DNA of 53,592 bases. Source: a virus. Lineage: Duplodnaviria; Caudoviricetes. The notes below the pieces were generated by a model that had not been told where the DNA came from, searched no databases, and was given only the letters and a program-made list of their open reading frames with translations. Within the stretch, counting starts at the first letter, position 1; each line of letters starts with the position of its first letter. Of the stretch, positions 26,107 to 34,803 are shown piece after piece. The stretch is from positions 1 to 53,592 of the IMG/VR virus record IMGVR_UViG_3300045240_000178. One strand, given 5' to 3'. A program made the translations under genes and the position numbers.

Positions 26107-27558
26107 TCAGCGCCCGGTGCGCATCAGAAACACCTGTTCGTGCGACATCGAATTGCCTTCATCCGCCCGCCCCAGGTTGCTGTCGTACACGATGTAGCGG
26201 CCGTCTGGACTGATTCCCGCACGCGGATACCACCAGTATGAATCCGAGCCGCGGGCCTGAGATCGATGGAAGCCGAGCTTGATTACGTGATCGAGATCGC
26301 GCAGAAACATGAGCTGGTTGCCGTAGGGCGCCACACCCGAAGATGCCGTCGAGACGACGCACCCAGCCCCCCGCGGGGAGCAGCCTACCCAGAAATCGGG
26401 CCAGTCATACGCGCTGCTGCAGTAGGCCATCGGCACGATCAGCACCCGTTTCGTGATCATGTCGATTCCCGCCGCGATCGGATACGCCACCAGGTCGCGT
26501 TCGCAGGATCCTCCGCCGGCGCCGGCCGTGTCCGCGTACGTCACAAAGTATTGTCGACCGGCGATGTTAGCCGCATCTCCGTGCGGCGCGCCCAGACAGT
26601 TCTCCCCGGGGTCGCAAATGGAGTCGCTGTTCCCCGCGCCCCAGGAATTGAACCCCTGCGAACCAAGAAATTCAGGCCCCCGGGACTCGAAGTGGAGCTT
26701 TCCCCCGGCCATATCCACGCTCCACACACCCAGCGAAGGGTAGGCCACCAGCATCACGTACCGTTTGTTGGTGCCGGTGTCGATGTCGGTCACCATCGAA
26801 AAGTCAACGAAGGTGAAGGGCACCACGGCCGCCCGGGTCTCTGCCGCCAGGTAGTCTGCACAATATTGCGTTCCGTTGGCGAGATTGACGGCACAGACCG
26901 TGTGTTCCGGCTCGGACCAGAGCGCCAGCCAGTTGTCGCTCGATAAATGGGTGGATCCACCCTGAGATAGCGAGGTCAGTTTGCCGGTGAAGTCGGACGC
27001 GACGGTATCCACGCCGCCGGTCATCGAATGACGCATTACCTGCGACCCGCTCAAGAAGTAAAACCAGTCGTCGTTGGCGGCGTCCCACATCGGGGCTGCG
27101 GTCGGGCCGGGGATCCTCACCATCGCGCTGGTGATGCGATCCAGCGCGTAGTGATTGCCGGCGGGGTCCGTGACGCCTACATACCGATTCTGCGCGCTGA
27201 TGGGCGAGGGCAGGCTATACCCGTGAACGAAGGTCTTGTCCGGCGGCGTCAAGGGCTGAGATACTCCCCCGAAATTGAAATCGGCAAATGGCGTCAGTCC
27301 GGATGGCGAGGGCGGCTGAAAGCAAAGCTGGCCGCCCACCTGCAGCTCCGAGGATTGCGGGATCGCAACCGGGCTGCAGGCGTCGGGGCCATCGAGCACG
27401 GAGACGGCCGCGAACTTCCCTCGCGGCGGATTGAGGAGCCCGGCGGCCGCTTTGCTGACGGCGGTATTGCGCTCGACTGCCGCCTTCAGGTTCTCGGTGG
27501 GGGTGGGCTGGGCCGTAGCCGCGAGCGCGAGGACGATAAGCAGTACGGCCGTACGCAT
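26107..27558 (-). CDS. Secreted beta-propeller-like protein (TolB-like C-terminus), 483 aa
   Basis: Signal peptide MRTAVLLIVLALAATA-Q; PRAGISPDGRYIVYDSN motif. Confidence 0.75.
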   Translation of the reverse strand: MRTAVLLIVLALAATAQPTPTENLKAAVERNTAVSKAAAGLLNPPRGKFAAVSVLDGPDACSPVAIPQSSELQVGGQLCFQPPSPSGLTPFADFNFGGVSQPLTPPDKTFVHGYSLPSPISAQNRYVGVTDPAGNHYALDRITSAMVRIPGPTAAPMWDAANDDWFYFLSGSQVMRHSMTGGVDTVASDFTGKLTSLSQGGSTHLSSDNWLALWSEPEHTVCAVNLANGTQYCADYLAAETRAAVVPFTFVDFSMVTDIDTGTNKRYVMLVAYPSLGVWSVDMAGGKLHFESRGPEFLGSQGFNSWGAGNSDSICDPGENCLGAPHGDAANIAGRQYFVTYADTAGAGGGSCERDLVAYPIAAGIDMITKRVLIVPMAYCSSAYDWPDFWVGCSPRGAGCVVSTASSGVAPYGNQLMFLRDLDHVIKLGFHRSQARGSDSYWWYPRAGISPDGRYIVYDSNLGRADEGNSMSHEQVFLMRTGR

Positions 27559-27563
27559 CGGGG

Positions 27564-27974
27564 TTAAGCCGGGACCGGGACGGCGGCGATGGCGGCGGCC
27601 AGGTCGTCGGCGTCGGAGTTGAGGGTCGTGGCGCTATCGTCGATCGCTGCTTGCGCCGCAGCCAGAGCTGCCGGATCTCCGGACGCTATTGCATCCTTCA
27701 GTTGCTGCGCGAGAGCCACCTGGTTGGCGGCCAGCGCCTTCAACGTAGCGGCTGCTCCCTTCTGTACGTCGGTTATCCGCTGGACGGAGGCGATCAAAGC
27801 TGTGGTGTTGAGCATCGTTTGGGACTCCTGGAGTTTGGTGGTTACGTTGTCGGCCTCGAGTCGGCCAACTCTCAGTGAAAGATCCTGCACCTCCCGCATC
27901 AATTCTGCCTGCAGCCAATTCTTTAGAGCGGTGGAAGGGGAGGAAAGCACTGCCCTCACGGTAGCAGCCCTCAC
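27564..27974 (-). CDS. Ala-rich helical phage protein (alternative start at 27815)
   Basis: GDPAALAAAQ motif; AGGAG RBS before ATG 27815. Confidence 0.65.
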   Translation of the reverse strand: MRAATVRAVLSSPSTALKNWLQAELMREVQDLSLRVGRLEADNVTTKLQESQTMLNTTALIASVQRITDVQKGAAATLKALAANQVALAQQLKDAIASGDPAALAAAQAAIDDSATTLNSDADDLAAAIAAVPVPA

Positions 27975-28086
27975 CCGACCGTGTGGTTAGTCCAGGCGAA
28001 CTAGACCTGCCCAAACAGCCAACAACGCCACAAAAATGAGGGCGATAACAACGACGAGAGTTTTCAGTGTCTCCTTCACAGAGCCC

Positions 28087-29079
28087 TCACAATCGCGAAG
28101 ATGGCGTGTACCCCATCCAATCCGCCCTGCCGAGCGCCCCGTACGCTGCCATGACCACCTCGATGTCGCGCCGGCCCTGGATCGCGGAACTCACGTCCGC
28201 CCGGTTGAGTTCGACGGCCGCCAGGAAGTGGCGCAGTTCAGCTCGGTAACCCATCCGGTCCCACCGCGGCACTCGGAACCTCCGCCGCTGCAGCTCCGGC
28301 GACTGCAGTCGTTCCCTCAGCCACCAGGGGCGGATCCGCCCGACGGCGCGGGTGAGCAGGCCGGGCGCCACCGGGTAGAGATCCACCGACGTATTCTCCG
28401 GCCAGATCTTCAGCGCTCCCTCATCTCCGGCAACGACGATTTCGGGACACCTGCCGGCGGAGGCCTGCCAGGAGAGCGAAAGACTCGCCTTCCAGGCGTT
28501 GCCGCGGAGCATGAGCATCAGGTTGTCCTCACCGCCCATCGCATAAACGCCCAACGGCTCGCCTAACAACGAGCGGACGGCGCGAATATAATGCACTGCG
28601 AAATCGAGCATGATGCCGGTATCGTTCTTATAGCGGGGACTGTGCAGTGCCGAGGCCAGCAACAGACGTGGCTCACCAATCAACGGCAGCAGCCTCTTGG
28701 CTTCGAGGATAGTGGGGCGGAAGGGGATGTTCTCGCCGACGGATAGGACCACGTCGTTATCCAGGGCCGCCTCGATCATCATGTCGCAGCCTTCCAGGCT
28801 GATTGCGAGCGGCTTCTCCACCAGCACGTGCTTGCCGGCGCGCAGGGCAGCAATCGCGACCTCGCAGTGCAATTGCGGCGGCAGGGCGAGTATCAGAGTC
28901 GGGATCTTCGGGTGATCTACGGCGGATTCCCACCCGGGCAGGGGATGCGCGTGGAGCAATCTCGCGATCCGCTGGGTCCGGACCGGATCGCGGCCACAGA
29001 TGAACAGCGGTCCGCTGTAGACCTTGCGGAGTTGGGTGCCGAGATAGTAGCCCCATTTGGTACCGATGATGCAGATCAT
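28087..29079 (-). CDS. Gfo/Idh/MocA family oxidoreductase, 330 aa
   Basis: AGKHVLVEKPLA signature and D-x3-H (DFAVH); ATGA overlap start. Confidence 0.9.
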   Translation of the reverse strand: MICIIGTKWGYYLGTQLRKVYSGPLFICGRDPVRTQRIARLLHAHPLPGWESAVDHPKIPTLILALPPQLHCEVAIAALRAGKHVLVEKPLAISLEGCDMMIEAALDNDVVLSVGENIPFRPTILEAKRLLPLIGEPRLLLASALHSPRYKNDTGIMLDFAVHYIRAVRSLLGEPLGVYAMGGEDNLMLMLRGNAWKASLSLSWQASAGRCPEIVVAGDEGALKIWPENTSVDLYPVAPGLLTRAVGRIRPWWLRERLQSPELQRRRFRVPRWDRMGYRAELRHFLAAVELNRADVSSAIQGRRDIEVVMAAYGALGRADWMGYTPSSRL

Positions 29080-29459
29080 CGGGTGGCCTTGCTCTTCAGT
29101 TCCCTCAACCGGGCGATCCATTGAGCCGCGCTCTCGAACGACATCCGCTGTCCGCCATCGTAATCATTCAGCAATTTGGCGTACTGCGCCTGAAGCTTGA
29201 CCAGAGCCTCCAGGGCTGTCATTGTCTCGGCGCACGGATCCTCGGCGCCGTCGAAATCCTTGGCCGTCGGCATAGTCTTCGACATCACGAACCACACCTG
29301 CTGGTCGTTGTGGGCGCGCGCCAAAAACGCGACGTTCTCCCCGCCGAACTTGTCCGGCTCATCGGCAAAGCTCTCCGCCAATAGTTGCAGCGCGAATGGG
29401 TTGATGCCGATATCGCTCGCCTGTTGCATCGTCTCAACGAAGTACTTTGGAGCTTTCAT
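29076..29459 (-). CDS. Hypothetical protein, 127 aa
   Basis: AGGAGG RBS; QYAKLLNDYDGGQR motif. Confidence 0.75.
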   Translation of the reverse strand: MKAPKYFVETMQQASDIGINPFALQLLAESFADEPDKFGGENVAFLARAHNDQQVWFVMSKTMPTAKDFDGAEDPCAETMTALEALVKLQAQYAKLLNDYDGGQRMSFESAAQWIARLRELKSKATR

Positions 29460-29637
29460 CTGTTCCTCCTTGGGGCGCTGGCTCTTCCGGTGAACTTGCT
29501 GCTGCAGTGGTATGCCGCCGCAGTGCCGCCTCGACCGCGTCCAGGCGCCTGGCGAACTTCGCCAGCAGCGCGCGCAGGCGGCGGATTTCGGCCTCGGCCT
29601 CGGCCAGCGGGTAAGTGAGGGGTGGGGCGGGTTTCAT
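29434..29637 (-). CDS. Small coiled-coil protein, 67 aa
   Basis: Packed in the leftward operon. Confidence 0.55.
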   Translation of the reverse strand: MKPAPPLTYPLAEAEAEIRRLRALLAKFARRLDAVEAALRRHTTAAASSPEEPAPQGGTDESSKVLR

Positions 29638-29641
29638 CTGC

Positions 29642-30382
29642 TCAGAGATCGCGCTTATCGACGCGCCACGAAATCATGAAACACAGCCAGCGGGTTCGCG
29701 TTGGGTCGAAGATGCGCCCCAGGATCACAGGGTCTTTCTTGGCGCGGGCGGGATAAATTGCGATATCGTCGAACACCAGCTCGACCATGGCCCGGTTCGT
29801 TGCCTCAATGGATTGCGATCGCGCCATGACAAGAGGGAAGTCGGGCGCGTCGAGCTTGGCCACCGGGTACCAGACCTGCCTTTCGGAAGTACGCCCATCG
29901 CTGGCCGTAGTCTTCTCGATCGCTCCCTTGTGCCAGTGAACGTTCGGGCTCACATAAAATCCATCGCCCGCCGGCAGCACGTCGGCACCTTGTACGCCAC
30001 CAGGAGCGCCTCCCCAGGTTCCCGCCAAGGTGCGCTCGAAGTGGTGCTGCCCATCTTCACTTCGGATCGCCAGAACTTCGATGTTGTCGATTGGAGGAAA
30101 CAGCATGTAGCCGAGTTTCAGCACAGCCAGCACCTTTTCGTAGAATTCGAGCGAGTCAACCAGCTTGCGACTCGCCGCGTCCATGGCGCGGCTTTTGAAG
30201 CCGCCCCTTTTTGCCTCCGTGATAGCCGCTTCGAGCACGCGGTATTCGCGCTCTACCTCATCGCGTTTTTCCTGACACCACTGAACCAGTTGGCCTTGAA
30301 TGGCGGCAAGATGCATCGGGTTCGTTGCCACGTCTGGCGCGGCAACCGTCGTCTCTTCAGCACGGGCTATTTCCTTCGTCAT
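29642..30382 (-). CDS. Hypothetical protein, 246 aa (MTKEIARAEE...)
   Basis: AAAGGA RBS; C-terminal DPVILGRI motif. Confidence 0.75.
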   Translation of the reverse strand: MTKEIARAEETTVAAPDVATNPMHLAAIQGQLVQWCQEKRDEVEREYRVLEAAITEAKRGGFKSRAMDAASRKLVDSLEFYEKVLAVLKLGYMLFPPIDNIEVLAIRSEDGQHHFERTLAGTWGGAPGGVQGADVLPAGDGFYVSPNVHWHKGAIEKTTASDGRTSERQVWYPVAKLDAPDFPLVMARSQSIEATNRAMVELVFDDIAIYPARAKKDPVILGRIFDPTRTRWLCFMISWRVDKRDL

Positions 30383-30405
30383 GGGTCTTCCTTTCTTCCT
30401 CATAA

Positions 30406-30972
30406 TCAGCCTTGCTCGGTTTCCGCCACGGGCAGCGCGCCGACTGCCGGCGCCTCCGCCGCGACCGCCGGCGCGCACATCTTCGTGAACTCCTCCCACT
30501 CGTTCCCGCACGCCTTCAGGAACCGAAAGAGCGTGTCGAGTACGTCCACCGGGTCGCCGGGAGTGAACGCCACCTGCAGCAGACCTGGCGAAACCGACAC
30601 GTTGGGCAGATCTGCGAAGCGGCTCCACTCGTCGTCTTTCGTCACCCGGAGGCGCACGTTTCTGAGCTTCAGATCCGCCTCTGCATGCTGCAGCCTGGCG
30701 GCCAACTTCTTCCGCCGCTCGACCTCCTGAAGAGCGTCCTGTGCCTCGGGTGAGTACTTCAGGTAGTGGAGCAAATTCGACCGCGAGACAGTGAGGTCAC
30801 CGGCGGGCTTGAGGGTGGTTGCCCCTGCCACTTTCATGAGTTCCGCCGCCGCCGAAGCGCTCACGGAGAACAGTTTTTCAACCTGGGTACGCTTGTAGCG
30901 CTCGGCTGTGTCGGCCTGTAAGTACGCCAAAATCACAGGGATACGCGAGATCCAGGACTTTTGACGAGCCAT
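30406..30972 (-). CDS. Hypothetical protein with possible N-terminal HTH, 188 aa
   Basis: RTQVEKLFSVSASAAAELMK resembles an HTH; AGGGG RBS. Confidence 0.7.
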   Translation of the reverse strand: MARQKSWISRIPVILAYLQADTAERYKRTQVEKLFSVSASAAAELMKVAGATTLKPAGDLTVSRSNLLHYLKYSPEAQDALQEVERRKKLAARLQHAEADLKLRNVRLRVTKDDEWSRFADLPNVSVSPGLLQVAFTPGDPVDVLDTLFRFLKACGNEWEEFTKMCAPAVAAEAPAVGALPVAETEQG

Positions 30973-31085
30973 CCCCTACGTGCCCTTCATTTCCGGGAGG
31001 TTTCCGGGAGGTGCTGTGGAAATCCCCGTCTGGCTCAGTCGTCCGATTTCAGCGGAAAACTCCGTTTGGATGTCGCGTTTCCCTC

Positions 31086-31107
31086 CTAATTTCGACATCG
31101 AAATTAG
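31086..31107. repeat. 22-bp palindrome CTAATTTCGA-CA-TCGAAATTAG (degenerate copy at 31561-31582)
   Basis: Perfect 10-bp arms; second copy matches 17/22. Confidence 0.8.
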
Positions 31108-31544
31108 CCCTCCGCCTCCAATTTGGCGACTTCAGATGCGGTCAGACCCCGGTTCGTCCGCGTGTATTTCTCCATGTGCTCCAGCACTGCCTGGAGCCCC
31201 GCAATCCGATCCCGATGCTTTGCGTTCAGGCTCTTCACGTACGTCCGGATCTCGGTGGCTGTGGACCTAGCCAGCAGCGGCCGCTTGCCCTCGGGGGTGA
31301 TGATCCTGGTGGGCAAGTCGGGGATGTCGGGGAAGAGCGGCGTTTGCTCCGGGCGCGGACGGGCCTTGCGGCGTTCGGAGTTGATGGCACGCTCCAGGTA
31401 GCGGATGGCCAGATCGCGCGCCAGATCCTCCAGGTGGTACTCGTTCCACAGGATCAGGGCGAGACTCGCGGCGGGCTCTTCTGGGCGTAGGACGATGGCG
31501 TCCTGAACCAGCTCGAACGGCTGTTTCTCCAAGTGTTTTCTCAC
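31104..31544 (-). CDS. Hypothetical protein, 146 aa, sharing its C-terminal 70 aa with the GIY-YIG neighbour
   Basis: GTG start after a G-rich RBS; 46/70 identical residues with the product of 31612-31821. Confidence 0.8.
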   Translation of the reverse strand: MRKHLEKQPFELVQDAIVLRPEEPAASLALILWNEYHLEDLARDLAIRYLERAINSERRKARPRPEQTPLFPDIPDLPTRIITPEGKRPLLARSTATEIRTYVKSLNAKHRDRIAGLQAVLEHMEKYTRTNRGLTASEVAKLEAEG

Positions 31545-31587
31545 GGCGTTCCATCCCCCCGTTATTTTGAAAGCGAAATTAGTGTAG

Positions 31588-32202
31588 TCAAATTGATGAA
31601 AACTGCAAGCTGGCCTCGGCGTCCATCTCGGCGACATCGGCGGAAGTTAGCCCCCGCCTAACCGGCGTGTATTTCTCCATGACTTTCAGCACGTCTTTCA
31701 ACCCGGCGATCCGCGCGCGGTGTTTCCGGTTGAGAACTTTTATGTGCTCGCGGATTTCGGTCGCCGTTGCTCGCGCGAGGAGCACGCGTTTCCCCTCGGC
31801 TGTGATGATCCGAAGAGGCAGGCCAACAGGGGTTAGGGGAGATGCAACCTTCTTCACTGCACGCGGGGCGCGGCTGCGCCATCCTTTTCGGCCACGACTT
31901 GCTGTAGCGGAGTGAGGAGAAGTGAAGCTGTCGAGAGTCTCCAGCGGAAGCGCTGCGATGAAGGCGCGCAGTTCGGGTGAGTCGTGGAACCACTCGCCCT
32001 GCCCGCGATGCGATGCAAGCGTAATGTGAAAGTTGGCTTCGGTCTGCCTGCTCCCAGGCATCCAGCCGATACAGTGGAGCGAATCGGGGCGGGAAGTATG
32101 CAGCCCTGCGAATCGCTTCTTCACATCCGTGGAAAATCCGATTTTCACGTGTTGGTGGTCTTCGGTCTCGATAAAGTAGACGAAGCCCATATGGGTAGCC
32201 AT
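31588..32202 (-). CDS. GIY-YIG (T5orf172/MUG113-type) nuclease-domain protein with duplicated C-terminal domain, 204 aa
   Basis: GFVYFI...VKIGFS...R...E...H...GEWF signature; AAAGGA RBS. Confidence 0.85.
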   Translation of the reverse strand: MATHMGFVYFIETEDHQHVKIGFSTDVKKRFAGLHTSRPDSLHCIGWMPGSRQTEANFHITLASHRGQGEWFHDSPELRAFIAALPLETLDSFTSPHSATASRGRKGWRSRAPRAVKKVASPLTPVGLPLRIITAEGKRVLLARATATEIREHIKVLNRKHRARIAGLKDVLKVMEKYTPVRRGLTSADVAEMDAEASLQFSSI

Positions 32203-32270
32203 GCGGTCTGTCCTTTTAGATCGGGTGGTTAGGGCCGCGTCGGTGTTCAAGCATCGCCGTGGCCCGCTCT
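32196..32270 (+). ncRNA. Putative cis-antisense RNA (SymR/PtaRNA1-like) covering the RBS and start codon of the GIY-YIG gene
   Basis: Two hairpins (tagccat...gtggtta; gggccgcg...gtgttcaagcat...cgtggccc) whose G-U pairs form only on the + strand. Confidence 0.55.
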
Positions 32271-32318
32271 TCAATTGTACCGCGCGAATGCTCATAAACC
32301 CCAATAAACACGGCCTTT

Positions 32319-32645
32319 TCACAACTGTTCACCACCTACCGAGCCACAGTCTGCAAACAGCGAGTCCTGCCGTGGATCCGGATCGGCCTGGGTGGGGTAG
32401 CCTTTGCGGTTCACCACCGTGCCGAGCTTCGGCTTGCGGCCGCGTTGCCTGGCCACCTCGTCACACCAGATCTTGTACGGGTGGTGGCGCCGCTCGCCGA
32501 AGGGGTACGCATGGCGAAGGGCGAGGCGGATGGTCGGCTCGTCGGTATGGGCGAACTCCGACAGCACCCTGCGGATGATGGGCGCGGAGACGTTGCGCCA
32601 GTAGGATTCGCTATAGTGGGCGGCGACGCGGGAAATTACGGTCAT
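32319..32645 (-). CDS. Hypothetical phage protein, 108 aa
   Basis: AYPFGERRHHPYKIWCDEV motif; ATGA overlap. Confidence 0.75.
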   Translation of the reverse strand: MTVISRVAAHYSESYWRNVSAPIIRRVLSEFAHTDEPTIRLALRHAYPFGERRHHPYKIWCDEVARQRGRKPKLGTVVNRKGYPTQADPDPRQDSLFADCGSVGGEQL

Positions 32646-33577
32646 GGCCGACCTCCGAACGTGCGCACCACGTACGCGCTGACTCGCGGCCAGTTGCGGC
32701 TGGTCAGGTCGAGGACCTTGCGCTCTTCTTCCTGCCGGTCGCGTTGCTTCTCCCACAGTTTCAGGTTGAGATTGGCGAGTATATTGTCACGGATCAGCGC
32801 AACGAGTACGTCCGGGTCGAGAGCGTCCAATTCCCAGGACTCGTGTCCGAACTCCGCGATGTACCCGGATGCGCGCGAATCTGTGACCTTGGTGGGGTTG
32901 GGCGGCGGGTTGTACCGCTCGACCTGATCCATGTTCAGCGCGATGCGGTTGATTTCCACATCGGGGTCGTCGTGGTCATGGCCGATGAACAGCTTGAGCC
33001 GGTCTTCGATATCGCGGCTCATGTCCTTGCCGCTAGGATCGTGGTCACCCAGATGGATGATGCGAACCGCGCGGCCGGCGCGGATCTCCCTCAAGAGCCG
33101 TTGTCCGGCGCCCCACATTTCAGATTGGGATGTGTAGCCACGGCATGAAAAGTAGGGCACGTCCCACTCTTCGCAGATCAGTTCAATGACGCCGATGAGG
33201 GCGTCTTTCTCGATCCACACCTCAACGTGTATTTCCTGGCCGGCCCAAAGATTACGGTGATAGGAAGCGGCAGCGCTTCGGATCACGCCGCCAGGATCGT
33301 CCCACGAAGACTGCCGGTTGAGGTTGCGCGTGCGGTCCTGCAAGTAGTTCCAGTCGATCAGGCCGGCCAGCCGCGCATCGTTGATCACAGACCCGAGCCG
33401 CTTGTATTCGCTCTGCTTGTTTGGAATCAGATCCCGCGCCACGAACTGGTAGTACAACTGGCGCAGAGTGACGATGATTCCGCGCTCGGCGTACTCGGCC
33501 AAGATCCTATTCGCTTGCTTGATGATGGTGAGCGATCCGTCTCCGAAATTGACCGACTTGTAGCGGATCTTGCTCAT
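32642..33577 (-). CDS. Topoisomerase VI subunit A / Spo11-like WH-Toprim protein (Topo mini-A-like), 311 aa
   Basis: TLRQLYY (catalytic Tyr), VWIEKD, RGY, GDHDPSG and ELDAL motifs. Confidence 0.85.
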   Translation of the reverse strand: MSKIRYKSVNFGDGSLTIIKQANRILAEYAERGIIVTLRQLYYQFVARDLIPNKQSEYKRLGSVINDARLAGLIDWNYLQDRTRNLNRQSSWDDPGGVIRSAAASYHRNLWAGQEIHVEVWIEKDALIGVIELICEEWDVPYFSCRGYTSQSEMWGAGQRLLREIRAGRAVRIIHLGDHDPSGKDMSRDIEDRLKLFIGHDHDDPDVEINRIALNMDQVERYNPPPNPTKVTDSRASGYIAEFGHESWELDALDPDVLVALIRDNILANLNLKLWEKQRDRQEEERKVLDLTSRNWPRVSAYVVRTFGGRP

Positions 33578-33858
33578 GCGCACCTCGAACAGTGCGTAGC
33601 CGTGGCCCACACGCAACCTCCCGGACAGGCGCGGGACTCGCTGCACCCGCACGCCGCGCAGGCGTGCTCCTTGCCGTCGGCGATGCGCGCCTGGCGGGCG
33701 TATTCTTCCTCCACGTTGTCCATCTCCGCCTTGATCGCATCGACGTCCGACCAATTCCCGGGCATGTACTTTTCGGCTTCCTGCAGCTCGTTGAGAAGCG
33801 TTTCGAAGGTTACCGCCAACTCCGCGAGGGTGGAGAGAGCGCGCTGTGCGGTGGCCAT
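33574..33858 (-). CDS. Hypothetical protein with C-terminal Cys cluster, 94 aa
   Basis: CAACGCS...C.GGCVW....CSRC. Confidence 0.7.
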   Translation of the reverse strand: MATAQRALSTLAELAVTFETLLNELQEAEKYMPGNWSDVDAIKAEMDNVEEEYARQARIADGKEHACAACGCSESRACPGGCVWATATHCSRCA

Positions 33859-34110
33859 TTACGCGCCCTCCTTTGCCGGTTCGCATACGGGCTCCATATC
33901 GTCAATGACCCCGCCCGTTGAAGAGCTGAGACGCTGAAGCGTGACGCAACAGTTCGCTTCGATTTCCAGAATCCGATAGCGGAGACCCACGCCCTTTCCA
34001 TCGCGGCACAGTTCGCGGATGCTGCGCAGGCACTCCACTGCTTGGTGTAGCCGTTCCTGGGTGCGGCCATGGCGGAATGCCTCCATCATGAGCGGATCGC
34101 TGCTGTTCAC
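33859..34110 (-). CDS. Hypothetical protein, 83 aa
   Basis: AGGAGG RBS, GTGA overlap. Confidence 0.6.
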   Translation of the reverse strand: MNSSDPLMMEAFRHGRTQERLHQAVECLRSIRELCRDGKGVGLRYRILEIEANCCVTLQRLSSSTGGVIDDMEPVCEPAKEGA

Positions 34111-34469
34111 GCGCCCTCCTTCCACAACGAATCGCTCTCCGTCGCCCCGTGCTTGTGCCTCTGCCTCACCAGGTGCGGCGTGCCCGTGTGGTTCGGATCG
34201 CGGACGGCGCGGCCCGCCAGGGCGACGGGAGTCCGCCCATGGATGATCGAGTTGATGTCGTCCACCGCGGCTTTCACGGTCTGGGCTCTCGCCGTCACCA
34301 CCAAAGTCCGCTCGATGGTCACCGAGTAGTGGATCTGGTTTCCGGTTGCGGTTGATAGGCGCACGATCTCAACATCGGCGCCCATGCGGGTGGCTCGCCA
34401 CTTGCCGTGCAAGGGAAGGTGTTGGATGATCGTACAGGCCTCGTGAGTAGATATCGCGTCTATCTTCAT
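34107..34469 (-). CDS. Hypothetical protein, 120 aa
   Basis: AAAGGA RBS. Confidence 0.7.
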   Translation of the reverse strand: MKIDAISTHEACTIIQHLPLHGKWRATRMGADVEIVRLSTATGNQIHYSVTIERTLVVTARAQTVKAAVDDINSIIHGRTPVALAGRAVRDPNHTGTPHLVRQRHKHGATESDSLWKEGA

Positions 34470-34527
34470 GGGGTTGTTCCTTTCGGGGCGGCGAGACTCG
34501 TGATCCGCCGCCCTGTTGAATTGCGGT

Positions 34528-34710
34528 TCACGCCTTCGCGGCTTCAGCTTCCTTCCCTGCCGCGGTCTTCTTCGTCTTCTTCGAATCGCGCGCCGCCGCC
34601 GGTTGATCGCGTAGCGCGTACCCGGCGAGCATGTCCCTGAACTGCTGGCGCTCTGGCGCCGTCAGGCTGGCGTAGCTCGCCATCAACGTTTCTGCTTTCG
34701 ATTGGGCCAT
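34528..34710 (-). CDS. Small protein with Lys/Ala-rich tail, 60 aa
   Basis: AGGAGAGG RBS; preceded by a 9-bp hairpin at 34731-34763. Confidence 0.7.
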   Translation of the reverse strand: MAQSKAETLMASYASLTAPERQQFRDMLAGYALRDQPAAARDSKKTKKTAAGKEAEAAKA

Positions 34711-34803
34711 CCACCTCTCCTTTTTGAAACGGGGCCTGGCAGGCTCTCATTCCACCAGGCCCCAGCCATCCTGTTCGCTGCGGGATCGTCGGCTCTCCGC
34801 TGC

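Noticed and set aside
31107-31821. Duplicated segment as a diversity-generating retroelement TR/VR pair
   Set aside because: No reverse transcriptase gene was recognised, both copies are coding, and differences are not confined to adenines
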